A stretch of 64,000 bases of DNA, from NCBI RefSeq assembly GCF_006345805.1, contig NC_042998.1, positions 744,001 to 808,000 on the forward strand. The letters run 5' to 3'. Below the pieces are notes generated by a model. It saw only the letters and a list, made by a program, of their open reading frames with translations. It made no database searches and was not told the origin of the DNA. Position numbers and translations under genes: made by a program. The stretch comes from Octopus sinensis. Its lineage: Eukaryota. Of this stretch, positions 26,122-38,510 are shown piece after piece (positions within the stretch are counted from its first letter, which is position 1; each line of letters begins with the position of its first letter).

Positions 26122-26824
26122 CATATTTATACTACATATATTTACATACATACATATATATAGATATAAATATACATGCTCACATGCGTGTGCTTTTGCC
26201 TGTCTCTTTTCAAAACTCGTTTTACCAGCGCTCACCACTTCACCTCGTTGTGGCTTAAAAACCCTCACCGTTTGCTTTTACTGTTTTGTTCTTGCTTTCC
26301 TGCTTTTGTTACCACATTGACCCTCCGCAAAAAATCCCAAATTTTATTTAATTTGCTTTGTAGGAAGGATTGTTTTAATGAAGTCGCGTCTTGTCCCTAC
26401 CTTCGAAACGCGGAGTAGATAAAACGGGACAACTGATGAAGGGAATGTTCTTTGCGTTTCCTGTCTCATTTCTCTATTTGTTTCTTTCGTTGTTCGAAAA
26501 ATAGTTCGTTTTCCATGCTTTTGTTTTTTATGTTCTCGTTTCTCATTTCGTTCACGCTTGTTTTTGATGTCCTATACCCATATATGCATGTATAAATACA
26601 TATATATGTAGATATGTACATGTATGTATGTATGTATGTATATATGCATATATATATATATAATGTATATAGTCAGTTGAGGTGTGTTCTGTTAAGAATG
26701 TATAAGAGTACAAATAGAGCTCGTTCACCCTTAGAATTATCAAATAGCCGTTAGTATTCTTATGGTATGCTACCAATTCTAGTCTTAGGTATTCCTCGTG
26801 TGTGAAAATAAGAAGTAAAAGGTA

Positions 26825-27190
26825 AAAAGTAAAAGAGTCAAAAGGAAGAGTAAGTTCGGTTAGGCACCTTTTTAATCGCTACAAATGTTTCGATACATAC
26901 GGATCCTCGTATATACAGGATTTAAAATTAAGTTTAAATCAATTTATTTAACGATTTATCTGAATATTGTAGCATGGAAATCTAAATTTGCTTACGGAGA
27001 CAGCAACTAAGTATCGCTTGATGAGATACATATAGATCTTGTTATACAGGTAAACCGTTAAATAATTTAATTTAAACTTACCTTTAAATCCTGTATATAT
27101 CAGGATCTGTATGTATCGAAACATTTGTAGCGATTAAAAAGCTGCCTAACCGTACTTACTCTTTCATTTGACTCTTACTTCTTACTTTTT
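26825..27190. repeat. Inverted repeat (~140 bp arms) containing an HHR fold at 27013-27134 (+)
   Basis: Arms ~26825-26962 and ~27046-27190; stem I ATCGC/GCGAT, stem II GATACATA/TATGTATC. Confidence 0.8.
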
Positions 27191-27321
27191 ATATAATGTA
27201 TATAAGTATGCATGCATGCATGTATGTATGTATGTATGTATGTATGTATGTATGTATGTATGTATGTATGTATGTATGAATGTATGTATGTATGTATGTA
27301 TGTATGTATGTATGAATGTAT

Positions 27322-27369
<48 letters not shown>

Positions 27370-27569
27370 TATTCTTGTGCTTTCTTATGGCTGTTCCATA
27401 ATAAGACTGGTTTATCATATAATGTTATATAATTATAAATGGGTGGAGTTGGAACTATCGACCGCGAGGCTAAATGGCTCAGAGAATGGAGTTAGTTCCG
27501 TCATTCTAAATCCTGCATTGTAACCACTACTTAAGTCACAGATGCTTTATTAATATTCGTAACCAATAT

Positions 27570-28005
27570 GCGGTGAGATGGCAAATTATAATCATACTAG
27601 TTAAAATGCTTCGCGGCATTTCATGTCTTTACGTTCTAAGGTCAAACTCCGCCGAGATCGAATTTGCCTTTCATCATTTCGAGATCCTTAAAAGAAGTAC
27701 CATTTGAGTGCTGGGATTGACGTAACCGACTTAGCCCCTTCTCCGGAATTATTGGCATGGTGCCAAAATCGGAAGCCAATATTCATAATTAATAAGGCAA
27801 TGAGCGGGCAGAATCTTTAGCACCCTGGTTAAAATGCTTCGCGACATTCGTCTATTTACGTCTTGGGGTCAAATTCCGCCGAGGCCGAATTTAGCTTTCA
27901 TCCTTTCGAGGTCGATAAAATAAGTACCATTCGAGCGCTGGTATCGATGTAATCAACTTACTCCTCTCCGAAATTGCTGGCCTTGTGCCAAAATTTGAAA
28001 CTAAT
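27570..28005 (+). mobile_element. Two tandem SINE B copies
   Basis: Heads at ~27570 and ~27795. Confidence 0.7.
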
Positions 28006-28019
28006 ATTCATTATCAATA

Positions 28020-28300
28020 TTATCGTTTTTGTTTGTTTGTTCGCGGACAATATATCTCAAGAACCACTGGATGGATTCTGTTGAAACTTTCATGGATGTT
28101 TGTCCTCGTGACTGACACGAACTGATTAGATTTTAGGATCGATCCAGTACCGGATAATGATTCTAGATTATTTTTCCCGTTTTTTATTTAATTTTTGAGA
28201 GCGGTCGGATCCATTTTTAGTATTCTCGTTTGTGAGAGCAGTCGAGTTTATTTCAGATATTCTCATTTTAAAAATCATCTTTCTTTAATTGTTGAGAGGT
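28020..28300 (+). mobile_element. HINE/DINE-like fragment
   Basis: TTTGTTTGTTTGTTCGCGGACAATATATCTCAAGAACCACTGGATGGATT..GAAACTT motif, similar in style to 9700-9800. Confidence 0.4.
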
Positions 28301-28489
28301 ATTTGGTGTTGTAGTCGAGTCATTTGATTCCCTGTTGCATTTGATGTGTGTTCGCTTCATGTGAGTCTTGTTGTTGTTTAAATTGTTGGTCTACCGCACC
28401 TAATTGTTGTATTACTGGATTGTTAAATTTATTGTTACCTGTGAATTTTTCTTTTTCTTCCCCATTTATGGGTGGGGTTGTGAATAACA

Positions 28490-29936
28490 ACATTATGGGA
28501 AGTCAACTATTTCCAGCAGGCAGTTACGCTGCAGTAACTGGGTATAGTCTAACGGCAGATATTCTGCAAGTAAGAGAAATGCGACTGAACGACACAAATT
28601 TTAAGACATATAATGAATTGTTACGAAAGGCGGGAGACAGCCTGAGGCTGACGCCGCCCAAGGAAATTGAAAATTATGGTAAAAAAAAAACAGAAAAAAG
28701 GACAGTAATATACAGAACGCTGTCTATTACTACAAAAAGAGTTGAAATAGCTGCAGAAGAGGCAGTCGAAGAATGTTTGAAAGAGATTAAAAGCTTAACG
28801 ATGTACTATACCGGAGGAAAGAAATATGGCACAGTGGTGTTACGCTTCGCGAGTGAACAAGTAGCGATAAAACACTCCACTGTGGTTTGAGATCAACTGA
28901 GTGGGTACTACTACCATCCTACTGTGGCAAACGTGCGGCCAGAGTGTGGATTGGTAGAGCGCCCCTAGAAATTGAAGAGGCGTGGCTGTTGGCAGCCATC
29001 CTCTATAATACAGAAGAGGAAACTAAAATACTTAAAATCACAAGAACTACGGAGGTAAATTGTGGGGGATACGGCCTTGGGGTGACCGGAGGTAAATTGT
29101 GGGGGATACGGCCTTGAGGTGACCGGAGGTAAATTGTGGGGGATACGGCCTTGAGGTGACCGGAGGTAAATTGTGGGGGATACGGCCTTGAGGTGACCGG
29201 AGGTAAATTGTGGGGGATACGGCCTTGAGGTGACCGGAGGTAAATTGTGGGGGATACGGCCTTGGGGTGACCGGAGGTAAATTGTGGGGGATACAGCCTT
29301 GAGGTGACCGGAGGTAAATTGTGGGGGATACGGCCTTGGGGTGACCGGAGGTAAATTGTGGGGGATACGGCCTTGGGGTGACCGGAGGTAAATTGTGGGG
29401 GATACGGCCTTGAGGTGACCGGAGGTAAATTGTGGGGGATACGGCCTTGAGGTGACCGGAGGTAAATTGGGGGGATACGGCCTTGGGGTGACCGGAGGTA
29501 AATTGTGGGGGATACGGCCTTGGGGTGACCGGAGGTAAATTGTGGGGGATACGGCCTTGGGGTGACCGGAGGTAAATTGTGGGGGATACGGCCTTGAGGT
29601 GACCGGAGGTAAATTGTGGGGGATACGGCCTTGAGGTGACCGGAGGTAAATTGTGGGGGATACGGCCTTGAGGTGACCGGAGGTAAATTGTGGGGGATAC
29701 GGCCTTGGGGTGACGGTCCACATCAATTTACCAGACATTCACAAAATTACAGAGGAATTAGTGTTACCGGACGAGACGAAGCTAAGAGTTGTAGTGGAGG
29801 AAGACCTCCCATTCTTTTTCAGTGTGGAGTACGGGGACACTTGAAAGCTAAGTGTCCCCAGAAACACGAAGAGGAGGTGACGGAGATGGAACAGCAAGAA
29901 GTGCAACAGGGAAGCAATGTACTACACATCAGGTGA
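28490..29936 (+). pseudogene. Non-LTR retrotransposon ORF1 (RRM-like plus CCHC zinc knuckle) remnant, split by a minisatellite
   Basis: YGTVVLRFASEQVA (RNP-like); FQCGVRGHLKAKCP knuckle; internal stop at 28890. Confidence 0.65.
29049..29714. repeat. 37-bp minisatellite, 18 copies (GGAGGTAAATTGTGGGGGATACGGCCTTG(A/G)GGTGACC)
   Basis: 664 bp = 18x37 minus 2; near-identical units. Confidence 0.97.
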
Positions 29937-30067
29937 TGAAGTGATCGCAGATCAACGTGAGATGAAGCGTTTTGCTCAAGAACACAAAACACCACCCGGT
30001 CTAGGAATTGAAACCACAATTTCGCGATCGTGAATGCAGCACCCTAATCACTAGGTCATGTGTCCCC

Positions 30068-30106
<39 letters not shown>

Positions 30107-30139
30107 TCACACAAACTCTTACACACACACATTCGTATA

Positions 30140-30350
30140 TGTGCATTTGTGCTTTTGAGTCTGTGTTTATCCACCACCCCACTTAACTGGTTGGGTTGAT
30201 TACGTCCCCACAACTTAGTGTTGTTCGACAAAAGAGACCGATATAAGTACCAGGCTTTAAAAATAGTTCTTGGGTCACTTTATTCGACTAAAAGTTCTTG
30301 AAGGCTGTACCCCAGCATGGCTGCAGTCTGATGACCGAAACAAGTAAAAT
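30140..30350 (+). mobile_element. SINE A 3' half
   Basis: TTACGTCCCC..AACTTAG...CAGCATGGCTGCAGTC...GAAACAAGTAAAA. Confidence 0.7.
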
Positions 30351-30354
30351 ATAT

Positions 30355-30396
<42 letters not shown>

Positions 30397-30413
30397 TATA
30401 GATACATATATAC

Positions 30414-30489
<76 letters not shown>

Positions 30490-30685
30490 ATATATATATA
30501 TATATAATATATATATATATATGTATGTATGTATGTATTTATATGTGTATACTTTATTTGTGTATTAAGGATACCATTGGTTTTATGCTAAGAAATATAT
30601 TAACAAAAACTGGTGTTCGTTTCCAGACTAAAACATTTATGAACTAATGCAGTGTTGAATACTTATTCTCATTGTTCGATATATA

Positions 30686-30716
<31 letters not shown>

Positions 30717-31679
30717 GTGTTGGACTACTGCTGCTGGACAAAGACAGAATGGAGTTGTAACAACTTATATGCTAACTAGCATGTTGTTCAATCTATTTTA
30801 ATTACTTCTTCGAAGCGAAGTAATTATGATCAAATGATTAATTATTGCATAATAAACATGACCATGTGTTTAGATGTTGCCTCTCTTTATCTTTCTTTTT
30901 ATTGTAGTATGAAATGTGTTGAAACTCTGCGTGACAATTGCTAAGTTCACAATTGCTTTCCATAAACAATGTGAAGGCAAACGGCAAAGCCAAAACCGGT
31001 TTTTTTTCATTCGGTTCTCGATTTGAATTTTTCCCTTTGTTTCTTACCTTTTTAATGCGTTATTCCCACTCCCATTCTTTTTTTTTCTCTCTCTCTCTCT
31101 CTCTCTCCCACCACACACACACATACATACATACATATGAGGATTAGTACTCAACACAAGCTGGACAAAATGCTTAGTATTTCTTCAGGCTATTTATATT
31201 CCAAGTCCCAATGCTACCCTGATGAAGTGGTTGGGAATCAAAATTATTTTTGCACATAACATATGTTATGGTACAAATTTTTACTTTATAATATTACTGT
31301 ATATTTTCACAAGAGTTTTATACAAAAAGGAAAATCAGAATTTATAGTAAAGTTTTCGCATATAAAAAAAAATTATATAAAAAATGTTTTACTGAATAAC
31401 TATCAGTGCATGTTTTAATTTAAGAAAGCTTTCAGGAAAAAGAATATCCTATTTTACCAACCGGTTTCACTGTCGTCATAATCACAATATTTCGAATATG
31501 TGTCGAATATTTTCGCCCTGAAGGTTGAATACTTTGCAGTAATTTGTCGTTTCTTATATGCTTTTAATCCTAACTTTATCGAGGAATTGAAAAATCAATA
31601 TTTAATTTATAAGTTGCGGATTTGGTGAAACGCATGTGATGTAGTACGAAGCGTGTATGATACCTGGGCAAAAGGAATT

Positions 31680-31918
31680 ATTTCTTATTTTTTTATTGCC
31701 CACGAGGGGCTAAACATAGAGGGGACAAACAAGGACAGGCAAAGGGATTAAGTCGATTACATCGACCCCATTACGCAACTGGTACTTAATTTATCAACCC
31801 CGAAAGGATGAAAGGCAGAGTCGACCTCGGCGGAATTTGAACTCAGAACGTAACAGCAGATGAAATACCGCTTAGCATTTCGCCCGGCATGCTAACTGTT
31901 CTGCCAGCTCGCTCGCCT
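31680..31918 (-). mobile_element. SINE B full length
   Basis: Tail and head both present. Confidence 0.85.
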
Positions 31919-32654
31919 AAAAGGAATTATTTCTGTTTATTAATATTCTATTATCAGTCCGTGTAGTTTGTGTTGGTCAATCTCTACCCCAGAGAGTTCA
32001 TAAAAGATATAGACCTATGTGAATATAGTTTTTCTGTCAGTGCCTAAGAGCTGGCTTTTGATAGGACTAGTAAAAATCGGGACTAAAAATCTGGCTTTTG
32101 ATAGGACTAGTAAATACCCTACTACCCTAGAGAGGACTGGTAAATACCCTATTATTCGTGAGGAACGGAATCATAGGTGTCGCAGGAATATATGCTTTGG
32201 GGTTTTGTTTCAAAGCTCACTGCGTAGTCATTGAGCGGAGAGTGAAGTAGTTTAAATGATAAGAGAGTGTGGGTGGGGGGGGGCGTTGTGTTTCTTCGAA
32301 AGACAGTTGTCCGTGTTGTGCAGGCCGCATATGTATATCTGTTAACCAAATTAACATAATACGTGACGCACACAATACAGGGAGATAAACATTGTGTACA
32401 AATAATAAATTTAAAAACAAATAATCAAAATCTCAAGAAATATACTCTCCCAATACTATACACAACTCATACCCGCTCCCATGTCAAACCCACCACCGTA
32501 AATTTTATGTTTTAAATATCCTCATAAAAAAAAGCTTAGTAGTTTTATCTCCGGTGAACGCAGAAGGTGTTCGATCGAACCACTTCGTCTAATTTACCTG
32601 TTTGGTAAAATTTCATCAAGGTATGTTTTTACATAGCTATGGTAGTGTGGGTGG

Positions 32655-32860
32655 AGGCGCAATAGCCCAGTGGTTAGGGCAGCGTACTCGCGGTCGGAGG
32701 ATCGCGGTTTCGATTCCCAGACCGGACGTTGTGTGTGTTTATTGAGCGAAAACAATTAAAAGCTCCACGAGGCTCTGGCAGGGGGGGGCGACTTCTGTTG
32801 TACTCTTTCGCCCCAACTTTCTCTCACTCTCTCTTCCTGTTTCTTGAGTAACTCTGAGAT
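32655..32860 (+). mobile_element. SINE family C
   Basis: GAGGCGCAATAGCCCAGTGGTTAGGG A-box-like and GTTTCGATTCCC B-box-like motifs. Confidence 0.8.
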
Positions 32861-33119
32861 GTTGCAAATAGCCGTCCGGTTGAATATTAATTGGGTATAC
32901 GAAATTAAGACAGTGTTAAATTAAAAGAGCAATGTGTGTACCGTACTTAATGTACCGTACTTAATGGTATACACACGGTTGATGGACCAAAGTATTTTAT
33001 AATGTTATTTGGACTCGGTATCTTACATAGTTCTATGAGTAAAGCAGAAGAAGATCGATATTATTAAACAAGCCTGTTGTTGTTTAATCCAAAATTAAGC
33101 CCCAATTTTATGGTCAAAT

Positions 33120-33385
33120 ATGTTTCGATCTCACGAAATTAACCTGCAAGTGGCTGAGCACTCCACAGACAGACGTACCTTTAATGTAATTCTCAAAGAT
33201 ATTCAGCGTGACCCAGAATGTGACAAGAATAGCCATACAGGTACCATTCATCTTTTCTAGCTGAGTGGACTGGGGCAACGTGAAATAAAATGTCTTAACC
33301 AAGGACACAACCTACCGCCGGATATTGAACCAACGAACTTATGATTGTGAAACGAATACCCTAACCACTATGCCACGCGACTTCA
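33120..33385 (-). mobile_element. SINE family E
   Basis: Reverse complement resembles 13205-13525. Confidence 0.6.
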
Positions 33386-33589
33386 GAAGATCCCGTTATA
33401 CTGTACAAAGGATGGGGACATTGCAATAATCGAAGAGATTTACACAGAAAAGATGTAAACAGGAAGACAAGAGAAACAAAATGGATAACAAAGAATGATA
33501 AGGAATAGAATTTCCAATAGAAGGAAATAGAATTTAAGGGCCAATCAAAAAGACACTCATTTCCTGGATCAGCTTGACAATAATAATTC

Positions 33590-33980
33590 TTTCTAATTTT
33601 GGCACAAGGCCAGCAATTGTGAGGTGAGGGGATTAAGTCGATTACATTTGCTGCCTTCCACCAAATTTGTTGACAGTTGGAAGAACGTGAAGAACATTGT
33701 CCCAGTGAACGGACCTGCTCTAAGCAAGCGTCTGATAGATTGAAAAAGACCCTTAGAAGTAGGTACTTATCTTAGTGGCCAAGGTAACCGTGGTTTTGTA
33801 AAGTACTGAATTATAGGGTACTTATTTTACGACTGGTACTTAGTTTATCAACTCCGAAAAGATGAAAGGTAAAGTTGATCTTAGCGGGATTTGAACTCGG
33901 AACATAAAGAATTGGTAGAAATTCTGCCAAGCATTTTCCCCCGGTGCCCTAATGATCCGATTCTGCCATCTTGCCGCCAT
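33590..33980 (-). mobile_element. Diverged SINE B with an internal insertion
   Basis: GGGATTAAGTCGATTACAT...GAAAAGATGAAAGGTAAAGTTGA...ATTCTGCCATCTTGCCGCC. Confidence 0.6.
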
Positions 33981-34203
33981 CGGTTTGATACAAGACAAGA
34001 AATCCTTGAGTTAGAGAGAAGAAAGGGACAAATGATTATATCGACTCCAGTAACTGACAGGTATTTTTTTTTATTTATTTATCGAGTTCGGAAAGGTGAA
34101 AAGCAGCATCTGAAGGCAGAATCGAGACGAATATCTCGAGCGATTTTGTTCGACGCTCTCACAAATCTCATATTTGCAATTGCTGTTGCAGCCGTTGCTG
34201 GAG

Positions 34204-34672
34204 ATGATAATGATGGCGACGATGATGACGACGACGTCGATGACGACGATGATGATGACGACAATGAAGGGGATGACTATGATGATGATGATGACGACGA
34301 CGATGATGACGATGACAGTGACGATGATGTTGGTGACTATGATGACGACAATGATGACGACGACGACGACAAAGAGGATGGTGATAATTATGATGACGGC
34401 GACGATGACGATGATGATGATGATGATGACGATAAGGATGACGGCGATGATGACGACGATGAAAATGACGATGACAGCGACGATGATGTTGGTGACTATG
34501 ATGAAGACAGTGACGACGACGACGACGATGGTGGTGACTATGACGACGACAACGATAATGATGACGATCACGACGATGATGACGGTGGTGATTATGATGA
34601 CGATAATGATGACGGCCTTGATGATGGTGATGACTATGATGATATCGAATATGACGATGATGATGATGATTA
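34204..34672. repeat. Degenerate (GAT/GAC)n trinucleotide array with an internal block duplication
   Basis: GACGATGACAG(T/C)GACGATGATGTTGGTGACTATGATGA at ~34309 and ~34468. Confidence 0.9.
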
Positions 34673-35163
34673 GTGCCATTTCTTTCAAAGTGTTTATGTA
34701 ATCGTGACGTGGCCAGACGTTAACGTAATGTAAATGTGACAACAGAGAGAAAGACACGGGCGGTAGGAAAGACTATCAATTACATAAGTTGTTCTTAATA
34801 AAGCAATAAAAGAAAGCGAGAGACGGAGAAGAATGTGAAAAAATTAGCGGTGGCTGTTGTAGAAGGGTTAGGTAGCAAAAACATTGTACAAGGACAGACT
34901 GAATGAGAAATAAAGACTCCGAACTAAGAACAAAAGCAAAATGAAACAAAACAAATCAAAACCAGAGCAAGGAATTATACGACTTCAAGAAAGAAAGAAG
35001 ATTAAAACAAAACCAAATAACATAACCAGAAATCGTTAATAAAATATTAAATCTACAATAGAACAAAGCGTGTCTTAATGAGTCACGAAATCCCACAGTA
35101 TAGTTTGAGTTTCTGACGAACCTGTACTTCAAGAAATAACAATACTATCGCATCTAGGCAAAT

Positions 35164-35206
<43 letters not shown>

Positions 35207-35372
35207 CATATAAGACTCATACATACACGCATGTACACGCGCGCGCGCACGCACATGCATATGAAACAGTTTTCTTTATAATAGTGAATTTCGAAGTAAA
35301 AAACGCGCTAAACAGTCGCGCGTAATTAGAAATCCCTTTAGTTAGAAAAAGTTGAATGCTGCCCCTGAAACG

Positions 35373-35413
<41 letters not shown>

Positions 35414-35434
35414 TAGATAGATAGATAGATATAT

Positions 35435-35735
35435 AGTAAATTCAGAAAAGAAGAACAAACAAAAAAACAGCAAAGCGAGGACGTGGTACATGTAAAATAC
35501 CAGCAGACGCTCAGGGAAGGAAAGAAATATGGTTTAACATTTTGAGCAGACGCTCTTCTTCGGAAACGGAGGAAGGTCCAATAGAATGAAAGATGGAGGA
35601 AGAAAATCGCCAACGATTCACATGTGGTTACATTTGACTTCGGAGTACCTAATTCGCGGAATTCTTTCTACCATCGGATTACATTATCTTGTTCATTCGG
35701 AATACGCCATTTCTGCACCTTGATTGTGAATCATA
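35435..35735 (-). mobile_element. Penelope-like pLTR remnant family X with inactivated HHR (35532-35567)
   Basis: Minus strand GTTT-CCGAAGA-A-GAGC gtct GCTC-AAAATGTT-AAAC; related to 49850-50070. Confidence 0.55.
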
Positions 35736-35744
35736 TATATATAT

Positions 35745-35998
35745 AGACGGAAACTGAAAGAAGCCCATCATATATATGTATATATATATATATGTGTGTG
35801 TATGTTTGTCCCACCAAATCACTTGACAACCGATGCTGGTGTGTTTAGGTCTCCGTAACTTAACGGTTCGGCAAAAGAGACCGATAGTATAAGTACTAGG
35901 CTTACAAAAGATAAGTCCTGGGGTCGATTTCTTCGACTAAAGGCGATGCTCCAGCATGGCCGCAGTCAAATAACTGAAACAAGTAAAAGAGTAAAAGA

Positions 35999-36000
<2 letters not shown>
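35745..36000 (+). mobile_element. SINE A, 5'-truncated
   Basis: AGACGGAAACTGAAAGAAGCCC...GTAAAAGAGTAAAAGAG. Confidence 0.85.
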
Positions 36001-36044
<44 letters not shown>

Positions 36045-36048
<4 letters not shown>

Positions 36049-36345
36049 AAACAAGTCAAAAATAGAAAATGCTAAGATAATTTTATAGTGAATCTTTCAG
36101 TACCGGTTTCGGTCATTTTGAGACCTTTTCAACTGTAACGATTAAATAATTAAATTTAGAAAAATTAGAAGAAAAGTTTTTTTAAAAGAATATTTCTGTA
36201 GTAGTGTTCAGATATAAGTAGCATTCTGCCTTTCTCTGACTCCCTTGTTTGCACTTGTGTGTTCGAGGTCGTTGTGAGTTCTTGGCTCACCAAGGCGTTT
36301 TTCTCATTCACGGCCTCTTTTTACGATAGCTGTTATAGTTTTATA
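36045..36345 (-). mobile_element. pLTR/retrozyme-like family Y with U3-A8 HHR (36095-36138)
   Basis: Minus strand CAG-TTGAAAA-GGTC tcaaaat GACC-GAAACCGGTA-CTG; second copy at 50088-50340. Confidence 0.7.
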
Positions 36346-36384
36346 TATAGTATTATATATTATAATCCATAGTAAGGCATTCTG

Positions 36385-36594
36385 TTATCTTTTATTTCTT
36401 TCAGTCATTAGACTGCAGCCATGCTGGCGCACCACCTTGAAGTTTTAGCCGAATGAATCGACCTAAATACTTATTTGTTAAGCCTGTACTTATCTTATCG
36501 GTCTCTTTTGTAGTACCGCTAAGTTACGAGGATCCAAATACACCATCGCTGCTTGTCAAGCGGTGGTGGTAATGAGACAAATACAGACAAAAAG

Positions 36595-36670
<76 letters not shown>

Positions 36671-36970
36671 GATGTGCTTCTTTCAGCTTCGTCTACCATA
36701 TACACTCACAAGACTTTGATCTACCCGAGGCTATGGTAGAAGACACTTGCCTAACGTTCCTTTCTACTCTAGGCACAAGCACGAACTTTTGGGGGAGGGG
36801 CCAGTCGATTAGATCGACTCCAGTACGCAACTGGAACTTAATTTATTGACCCCGAAAGGATGAAAAGCAAAGTTGACCTCGGCGGAATTTGAAATCAGAA
36901 CGTAAAGACAGACGAGATACCGCTAAGCATTTCGCCTGGCGTGCTAACCACTCTGCCAGCTCACCGCCTT
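36385..36970 (-). mobile_element. SINE A (36385-36752) adjacent to SINE B (36765-36970)
   Basis: Family-diagnostic motifs as above. Confidence 0.75.
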
Positions 36971-37055
36971 TTTGTGAATATTACTGATATTCGGTTTAAA
37001 ATTATCAACTAAATGCCATTTATTAACTAATACTGATTCATTTTGTCGCTGAGAT

Positions 37056-37472
37056 ACTCTCTTTTACTTGTTTCAGTCATTTGACAGTGGCCATGCTAGA
37101 GCACCGCCTTTGGTCGAGCAAATCGACCCCAGGACTTATTCTTTGTAATCCTAATACCTATTCTATCAGTCTCTTTTGCCGAACCGCTAAGTTACGGGGA
37201 CATAAATACACCAGCATCGGTTGTCAAGCGATGTTGGGGGAACAAACACAGACACACAAACATATACACATGCGTACATATATATATATTTATATAAATA
37301 CATATATACGACGGGCTTCTTTCAGTTTCCGTTTACCAAATCCACTCACAAGTCTTTGGTCAGCCCGAGGCTATAGTAGAAGACACTCGTCCAAGGTACC
37401 ACGCAGTGGGACTGAACCCGGAACCATGTGGCTGGTAAGCAAGCTACTTACCACACAGCCACTCCTACGCCT
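37056..37472 (-). mobile_element. SINE A full length (tRNA head, CORE-like CCTTGG.C.AGTGTCTT segment, internal microsatellite, GTAAAAGA tail)
   Basis: Reverse complement starts AGGCGTAGGAGTGGCTGTGTGGTAAG. Confidence 0.88.
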
Positions 37473-38510
37473 ATAAATATTCTGATTATATTTTCACTAG
37501 ATTTATTTAATAAATATATCAAAGATCAAAATGGAGATTCTGCTTCGTTGAAATCTGCTGCAAACGAGCTTTGTGGTATTGACAATTTATCATCGTCAAC
37601 ATCAAAGCTTGTGGATTTTGAAAAAGAAATAACAAAAAGCTTGTCAATATCAAATATTAGTAATCATTATCCTAGGATTACTGTGCGATGAAATACTTGG
37701 AAAATTTCAATATGGCATTGAGTTACATGCTTTTACTAATCTAGCAATTCTTTTTAGATGTTTTATCTTCCATTTCAGTTATTAAGACCAGCTCATCACA
37801 GCTCCCAGTTCTATACATTATGCATACTTACTCTTTTAAGATTGACGATGATTTTGAAGAAATGATTAAGAAAGCTTGTGTAAAACTGGTATGTGTCATA
37901 ATGGCATACAATTTGCTTTGTAGCTGCAGCTAATTCTTCCTGTAACTTGGTACAAATTTAGAAACCTCTATCTAGATACATCGAAAATCCTTTCATATTT
38001 CATTTAAAATGGGTAGTAAGTGTTCGTTAATGTGAATCGCTTATGCCACACTCATCATTTCTCTCTGTACGTTCGCCATGAACCTTCTCTAGTACTAGTA
38101 AGCAAGTGATATCAGTTATTTTATACGTCTTAGTTGTGATGTAGGTATAACATTTATAAGGAAAGATTTATATGAAGCCCATCGAATTTTCTTATAGACA
38201 TCCTCATAGAACGAAACCCAAACCTCTCCAAGTGTTTCATTTGCAGCTGTAACATTACAGACAAGAATTAGGTTACATCCCTGAAGATGTAACCTGTCAA
38301 CGGCAACAGGTATTAGTTTACCATCACCACAACAGCTGCAAGATGAAGAACAGGAAAGTAATGGATACTCTTGTACACTGCCTATTACACAAACCCTCTC
38401 ATCTCTGAAATTAACATCTTGCTTTGTCACTAAGAGAATCAGTACCAATATTACAGAACTCAACTGCTCGCAACCCTTATATAACCTATATACAACCAAG
38501 TTATATATAG

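Noticed and set aside
26370-26500. GAAACGCG at ~26406 and CTGATGA at ~26434, pLTR-like context
   Set aside because: Motifs are in the wrong order for one type-I HHR and I could not pair the stems.
28965-29738. 257-aa and 224-aa proline-rich minus-strand ORFs
   Set aside because: Antisense read of the 37-bp array; the real coding relic is the plus-strand ORF1.
33891-34701. Asp-rich 260-aa ORF resembling acidic biomineral proteins
   Set aside because: Starts inside an antisense SINE and the acidic part is a GAT/GAC microsatellite; no signal peptide or splice support.
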